A DNA stretch of 60,102 nt from a virus (Duplodnaviria; Caudoviricetes). The translations under genes and the position numbers were made by a program. The notes under the pieces were generated by a model. The model had not been told where the DNA came from. It saw only the letters and a list, made by a program, of their open reading frames with translations, and searched no databases. Shown in pieces: positions 55,848-60,102 of the stretch. Within the stretch, counting starts at the first letter, position 1; each line of letters begins with the position of its first letter. The stretch spans positions 1 through 60,102 of the IMG/VR virus record IMGVR_UViG_3300032286_000443; one strand, written 5' to 3'.

Positions 55848-56024
55848 TGGTTGGCACCATTATACGATAGCCTCTCATCCCCACGGCCTTGCCTCAGATT
55901 TTCACGCTAGATCTACCGTGAACCGCAGCAATTTGGCGGTAAAAAGGGCCAAAAAAGCACCATTTTCTCACCGTTTTTGTCACTTTTTCGCCACAGTATT
56001 CCACCGTAGACCACACACTCCAAC

Positions 56025-56053
56025 TTGACCCGCCCCCGGTTCTAGTGTATAAT
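56025..56053 (+). promoter_or_regulatory. Sigma70 promoter of the tRNA/ncRNA unit
   Basis: TTGACC-17 bp-TATAAT. Confidence 0.75.
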
Positions 56054-56103
56054 AAGTACATAGTAGAGTAGAGTATATAGTAGAGTTAGTGTGTATATAC
56101 TGT

Positions 56104-56181
56104 GGGCCGTTAGCTCATGTTGGTTAGAGCAGTGGACTCATAATCCATTGGTGCTGTGTTCGACTCACAGACGGCCCACCA
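56104..56181 (+). tRNA. tRNA with CAU anticodon (likely Ile2; Met not excluded)
   Basis: Acceptor stem GGGCCGT/ACGGCCC, anticodon loop CTCATAA, TTCGA T-loop, encoded CCA; paired G1-C72 argues against initiator; overall resemblance to bacterial ileX-type tRNAs. Confidence 0.9.
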
Positions 56182-56209
56182 CAGTATATAGTGTGTATAT
56201 AGAGTTTGA

Positions 56210-56412
56210 TAAACCGTAGGATGCACGATATATACTATGTAGTATAGTGACAGGAGCTAGAAGTCTGGGAGTCACTGAAAGGTAGTTGAGGCTCACTCGT
56301 AGAGTGACCGTAAGTGCGCCGAACCTGTAACCATGCGCTTCTAGTGGTTAGGGCTAATTATCGAGAGATAATAGGAATAAGCAGGGCGGGATTATATAGT
56401 GTCACCTGCACA
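56210..56412 (+). ncRNA. Candidate ~200-nt structured RNA downstream of the tRNA
   Basis: Multiple hairpins, a GNRA loop and long-range complementarities; lies between tRNA and a strong terminator; no credible ORF. Confidence 0.5.
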
Positions 56413-56426
56413 TATATAATACTGAA

Positions 56427-56466
56427 TAATGGGGATAATGTTTGTGCATTATCCCCATTATCTTTT
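56427..56466. terminator. Strong, probably bidirectional terminator
   Basis: Perfect 14-bp stem TAATGGGGATAATG/CATTATCCCCATTA followed by TCTTTT. Confidence 0.85.
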
Positions 56467-56716
56467 AAACAAACTCAATATTATCTGTACGCAGAGTTTG
56501 TTTTGCAGTAGAGATAATACGATCTTTATCTTTTTGTATAGTTTCCCAAACAAAATCTCCGCTGACAAAGTCGCATTTTGCACGAGGGGGAAACTTCCAA
56601 GCACCTTTATCTGTTTGTTCTGTTACATTAAAAGCGCAGATAATAGTATAAACTTCTTTTTCTTTATTATATACGATTTTAGCTTTTGCAGTGTTTGCAG
56701 TATATACTTTTGACAT
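56465..56716 (-). CDS. Early hypothetical protein
   Basis: ATG 56716 (MSKVYTAN) with AAGGAG RBS and AAGACA-17-TATAAT promoter at 56742-56770. Confidence 0.7.
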   Translation of the reverse strand: MSKVYTANTAKAKIVYNKEKEVYTIICAFNVTEQTDKGAWKFPPRAKCDFVSGDFVWETIQKDKDRIISTAKQTLRTDNIEFV

Positions 56717-56843
56717 GTGTGCTCCTTTTGTGTATGTGTGTATTATACTGTCTTTTGGAGTGCCTGTCTTGTTGTATTTTGAACACAGTCTGTGTGTAGG
56801 GTCTTTGGTTGACACTGTGGTAAAACCTTGCTATAATACACAC

Positions 56844-57182
56844 ATGAACAAAGAACTTGCAACCCGTAAGAAGCGTGTCGATCGCAACCACATCATATAC
56901 GAGCTGGTTGTCAACGGCAAGAACTACATTGGCGTCACTGCCAAGACTGAAAGCACTGTGAACAAGAGCGTGCTGTCGCGTGCGGCCAAGCACTTCTACA
57001 GAGCAAAGACTGAGACTAAGAACTGGCTCTTGTGTGCTGAGTTGCGTACACTGAGCGACAAGAGCGAGATAGAGGTCTACGTGCATGAGGTCATACGTGG
57101 CAAGGCGGCTGCTCACAAGCGGGAAGTTGAGATCCGCCGCATGGTCAAGCCCGTGCTGAACACTGATACCCGTGGCGATTGA
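56844..57182 (+). CDS. GIY-YIG-like nuclease domain protein, probably leaderless
   Basis: IIYELVVNGKNYIGVT...R...H...E motifs; ATG 7 nt after TATAAT with no room for an SD. Confidence 0.7.
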   Translation: MNKELATRKKRVDRNHIIYELVVNGKNYIGVTAKTESTVNKSVLSRAAKHFYRAKTETKNWLLCAELRTLSDKSEIEVYVHEVIRGKAAAHKREVEIRRMVKPVLNTDTRGD

Positions 57183-57797
57183 CGGGTCTTTGATTTGGTG
57201 TTATAATACATACATGTTGAACAGGAGCACACTATGAATCCAGCACTGAACATCAACACCTACGCAGCCGACGGTTTTGTCAAGGTCTGCAATGTGCGTA
57301 GGGATCTTGAGAACCGTTGGTTTTACGAAAACATCAATGAAGCCATGATGTTCAGCGAGCACCGTAGTTGGGTCTACTTCATTGTAGTAGACGAAGAGAT
57401 CGTCAAAGTGGGCGAAACTGGCAATCCTTTGGGTGTACGCATGAAGACCAGCGACCAGCCCAAATTTGGCACTGAAGGGCGCTTTGGACGCTATCGTGCA
57501 GGAGATGCTACGGACTGGTACATTCGCGACGAACTGCGGAAAGAGGTGCGCCAGGGTCGTGTCTCACTGTGGGCTCGTCGTTGCGAAATGGTAGCGCTGT
57601 CTGTGTCTGTGGCCGGGTGCGAAGACTCTACAATGACCAGCTTCCACAAAGATCTTGAGATGCGATACATGGACTACATCTTTAGCCAAACGGGAAATTT
57701 GCCTCGTTTGAACAAGGCTCGCAAATAACCTTAGAGGTTGACGGGTCTTTGATTTGGTGTTATAATACATACATGTTGAACAGGAGCACACTATGAA
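57179..57797 (+). repeat. Identical 60-bp direct repeats (57179-57238, 57738-57797) flanking one gene
   Basis: Each copy spans -35, -10, AGGAG RBS and ATGAA. Confidence 0.95.
57234..57728 (+). CDS. GIY-YIG-like protein
   Basis: WVYFIVVDEEIVKVGETG...R...E...LPRLNK. Confidence 0.6.
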   Translation: MNPALNINTYAADGFVKVCNVRRDLENRWFYENINEAMMFSEHRSWVYFIVVDEEIVKVGETGNPLGVRMKTSDQPKFGTEGRFGRYRAGDATDWYIRDELRKEVRQGRVSLWARRCEMVALSVSVAGCEDSTMTSFHKDLEMRYMDYIFSQTGNLPRLNKARK

Positions 57798-58065
57798 ACA
57801 GAATTGGACCATGTACGTATACAAGCGGGATCGCCGTACTAAGAGCGGCGAGCGGCTGTTCAGTACACAGGTGTTCACGGACTCGACACTGGCTGAAATG
57901 CAAGCCGTAGTGCAGGTGGGCACCCGTATGGATCCCCTATGCCGCTTTGAGTTCGTGCCCACTACCAAGATCGTGAAGAACTTGATGACGGGCGAGCAGG
58001 TTGAGATCGCGCACGACACGCCCCGTAGTTGCGATCCAAGTTCGGAACTCTACTGGTCAATGTAA
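57793..58065 (+). CDS. Early hypothetical protein
   Basis: Own promoter and RBS; VKNLMTG...TP..CDPSSE.YWSM. Confidence 0.75.
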   Translation: MKQNWTMYVYKRDRRTKSGERLFSTQVFTDSTLAEMQAVVQVGTRMDPLCRFEFVPTTKIVKNLMTGEQVEIAHDTPRSCDPSSELYWSM

Positions 58066-58123
58066 TGGTTGACAGAGTGGTAAAACCGTGTTATAATTGT
58101 TCTACACTAACAAAGGAGCTGAT

Positions 58124-58417
58124 ATGAGTATTCAAACAGTCAACGCAGAGATCCTCGCAGGCAACTTCACTAACGATCAACTGTCCAGCATCATCGACGC
58201 TGTCAAGTTCGCTCGTGCCAAGCTGGGACGACAGAGCATCCGTGCGCTCAGCATCGGCGACAACGTCAACTTCAATAGCACCAAGCTGGGCCGCAACGTC
58301 ACTGGCGTTGTGACCAAGATCGCTATCAAGTATGTCACAGTTCGCACTAGCCAGGGCTTGTGGAAAGTGCCTGCTAACATGCTCACAGTGATTGCTGACG
58401 AGCACGAATACGCATAA
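58124..58417 (+). CDS. Early protein with SH3/KOW-like C-terminal domain
   Basis: AAGGAG RBS before ATG 58124; LSIGDNVNF...GVVTKI....VTV...WKVP. Confidence 0.7.
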   Translation: MSIQTVNAEILAGNFTNDQLSSIIDAVKFARAKLGRQSIRALSIGDNVNFNSTKLGRNVTGVVTKIAIKYVTVRTSQGLWKVPANMLTVIADEHEYA

Positions 58418-58483
58418 AGACCCAGTGGTTGACAGGGATCAATGTCCCTGTTATAATACATACATCGCAACAAGGAGCAGACG

Positions 58484-58840
58484 ATGACAGTAGTGTACAA
58501 AGCAGGTGAGCAGACATTTAAGGCCGTTGAAGTGCTGTGGGCAAAGCGAGAGCTGGTCAACGCCATTGTAGAGCAGGCCTTGATCAGCCAAACAGAGGCG
58601 TTCATTGACATGATGCTGGACGGGCAAGAGGACTTGTCGCGTAACGGGATCAATGAAACGCTGAAAGGCGTTAAAGACAGCGCCACGGACTTCATTGGCG
58701 ATATGGTCGGCGATCTCGAAAGTATGCTGAGGGAGCGCATGAAGGCAGTGAACTACGGCGCGGCAGTTACTGGGATCAAATACGATCTCGCTGGCGACGT
58801 TACAGACATTGAGGTCAATGTCACTGTGGGTGTTGAATAA
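58484..58840 (+). CDS. Early hypothetical protein
   Basis: Own promoter, AAGGAG RBS. Confidence 0.75.
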   Translation: MTVVYKAGEQTFKAVEVLWAKRELVNAIVEQALISQTEAFIDMMLDGQEDLSRNGINETLKGVKDSATDFIGDMVGDLESMLRERMKAVNYGAAVTGIKYDLAGDVTDIEVNVTVGVE

Positions 58841-58908
58841 CCCTTCGGTTGACAGGGACATTGATCCCTGTTATAATACATACATCGACAACGCACTAAG
58901 GAACTAAG

Positions 58909-59157
58909 ATGACTTCATATGCAAAGATTCGCCCTGCAACTACACGGATGCTGGAGATGATGGATGAGGGCTTGCTGGACGCACACGCTGTGGCAGAAAT
59001 GTGCCTCAGCTGGCTCAGCGAGAGCGATGTGCATGAGATGATGCTGGCTAACGACTTGGTGGAGGACGAGCCAGAGGACGAAGAAGACGAGCCCACAGAA
59101 GAGTGGACTCCGGATAACGCAGACTTCAACGATCCCGGTTCACGTCACCACTATTGA
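58909..59157 (+). CDS. Early acidic hypothetical protein
   Basis: Own promoter, AAGGA RBS; D/E-rich tail. Confidence 0.75.
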   Translation: MTSYAKIRPATTRMLEMMDEGLLDAHAVAEMCLSWLSESDVHEMMLANDLVEDEPEDEEDEPTEEWTPDNADFNDPGSRHHY

Positions 59158-59216
59158 CTTGACAAGCAGGCCTACGCCTGCTATAATACACACTTGAACA
59201 ACACAAAGGACTGAAC

Positions 59217-59594
59217 ATGCAATATTTTGATACCCTTGCAGAATTTGAACGTGACGGCTTTACTGTGATCGTGGACATTACAAGCGAAGACCTGAACCCA
59301 TATAACTGTTTCGACGACTCATGCCACGACATTGCGCAAATCTGCCGGGACATTGAGGAAGGCAACTTGGACTGGTTCATGTTGCGTGTACGTGTAATGG
59401 TTGACAGCCTTGAGATGGGCTCTCACTACCTGGGCGGGTGCCTGTACAAGGATGCCCGTGAGGTATTGACAGACGGCACCGCAGAGGACTGCATTGGCGA
59501 AGCACTGCATGAGGCCAAACGTGAAGTCTACAAGTACAAGCAGAAGTTCGCTGAGTTGAGTGACATGGTTGACAGAGAAGGTATCGATGTATGA
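59217..59594 (+). CDS. Early acidic hypothetical protein
   Basis: Own promoter, AAGGA RBS; YLGGCLY motif. Confidence 0.75.
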   Translation: MQYFDTLAEFERDGFTVIVDITSEDLNPYNCFDDSCHDIAQICRDIEEGNLDWFMLRVRVMVDSLEMGSHYLGGCLYKDAREVLTDGTAEDCIGEALHEAKREVYKYKQKFAELSDMVDREGIDV

Positions 59595-59818
59595 AGCTGA
59601 ATGAAGTACTACAGTGGGCGGGCACTGCCTTCATCCTGGCAATGTATGTTGTATCAAACTTCTTTAAAGGCGAAGATGATCTGAGAAACTCCCTAGCCTT
59701 GTTGGGTGGACTGTGCTATGCAACATGGGCATACCGTGTTGCAAATAAGCCACAGATGCTAGTTAACATCGTAGCGATAACCCTGTGCGTCTTAGGGTTA
59801 TTTCGAGTTCTTGGTTGA
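59591..59818 (+). CDS. Small three-helix membrane protein
   Basis: ATGA overlap with upstream gene; three hydrophobic segments. Confidence 0.7.
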   Translation: MKLNEVLQWAGTAFILAMYVVSNFFKGEDDLRNSLALLGGLCYATWAYRVANKPQMLVNIVAITLCVLGLFRVLG

Positions 59819-59869
59819 CAAAGTGGTAAAACCTCTATATAATTAAGGCTTACACACTAAGGAGCAGAG

Positions 59870-60070
59870 ATGTTTACTACACAAGCCCAGCAAGAGTTCA
59901 AGCAGAATCTCAAAGCATTCACAGCCGCTAAAGAAGCAGAGTACTCCCATGCGTACAATGCGGGCTACTGCGAGAGCATGGTCGTTGAGATGTTCGGCTA
60001 CTTGACTAAGCGGCAACAGAAGTTCTTTGCAGAACAGATACAAAAAGAACTTGACAAGTTGGCTGTTTGA
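59870..60070 (+). CDS. Early hypothetical protein
   Basis: Own promoter, AAGGAG RBS; HAYNAGYCESM motif. Confidence 0.7.
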   Translation: MFTTQAQQEFKQNLKAFTAAKEAEYSHAYNAGYCESMVVEMFGYLTKRQQKFFAEQIQKELDKLAV

Positions 60071-60102
60071 TCGTATAATACATACATAGCAACAAAGGAG
60101 CA

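Larger units (their letters stand above)
56809..60079 (+). promoter_or_regulatory. Array of eight near-consensus sigma70 early promoter cassettes
   Basis: TTGAC(A/G)-17 bp-TATAAT starting at 56809, 57179, 57738, 58069, 58429, 58849, 59159 and 59815, plus a ninth at 60051 whose gene lies beyond the window. Confidence 0.9.

Noticed and set aside
55660-55884. 74-aa minus-strand ORF across the repeats and DnaA boxes, and 56314..56511
   Set aside because: Peptide repeats simply mirror the DNA motifs; no RBS; the second ORF runs through a terminator.
56255-56300. Hammerhead ribozyme, RNase P RNA or group I intron
   Set aside because: CTGAAAG is not the CUGANGA core; no RNase P P4 pair or group I P7 elements recognisable.
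1-60102. Stop-codon reassignment or a diversity-generating retroelement
   Set aside because: Genes tile densely in the standard code and no suppressor tRNA is seen; no reverse transcriptase or adenine-variable TR/VR pair noticed despite Mtd-like N-termini.

Overview
A 60 kb segment of a large (jumbo-type, T4-superfamily-like) dsDNA tailed phage, read in standard genetic code. The likely host is a betaproteobacterium, inferred from Bug/TctC-, phasin-, DUF3563- and ErpA-like genes. Bases 1-55.5 kb are mostly minus-strand late genes preceded by TAAATA boxes: many tail-fibre/baseplate-like proteins, probable internal head proteins, a 1585-aa multi-glycosyltransferase, host-like genes (SOD, fatty-acid desaturase, IF-1, ErpA, a methyltransferase/adenylating enzyme/Bug/beta-barrel operon), a ligase, nucleases and a cell-wall hydrolase. 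At about 55.6-56.5 kb the coding strand switches across a non-coding region holding three 57-bp-phased repeats, a phased DnaA-box array (origin-like), a tRNA(CAU) and a ~200-nt structured RNA candidate. Bases 56.5-60.1 kb are an early region of small genes, most with their own repeated sigma70 promoter cassette. Main points of interest: the origin-like locus, two unassigned structured RNAs, 13 apparently leaderless late genes, a ubiquitin-like domain in a tail-cluster gene, a Hedgehog-type Hint domain in a virion-like protein, a shared capsid-targeting-like N-terminal motif, and promoter cassettes with an inverted loop. All family calls come from motif recognition by eye; no database searches were run.
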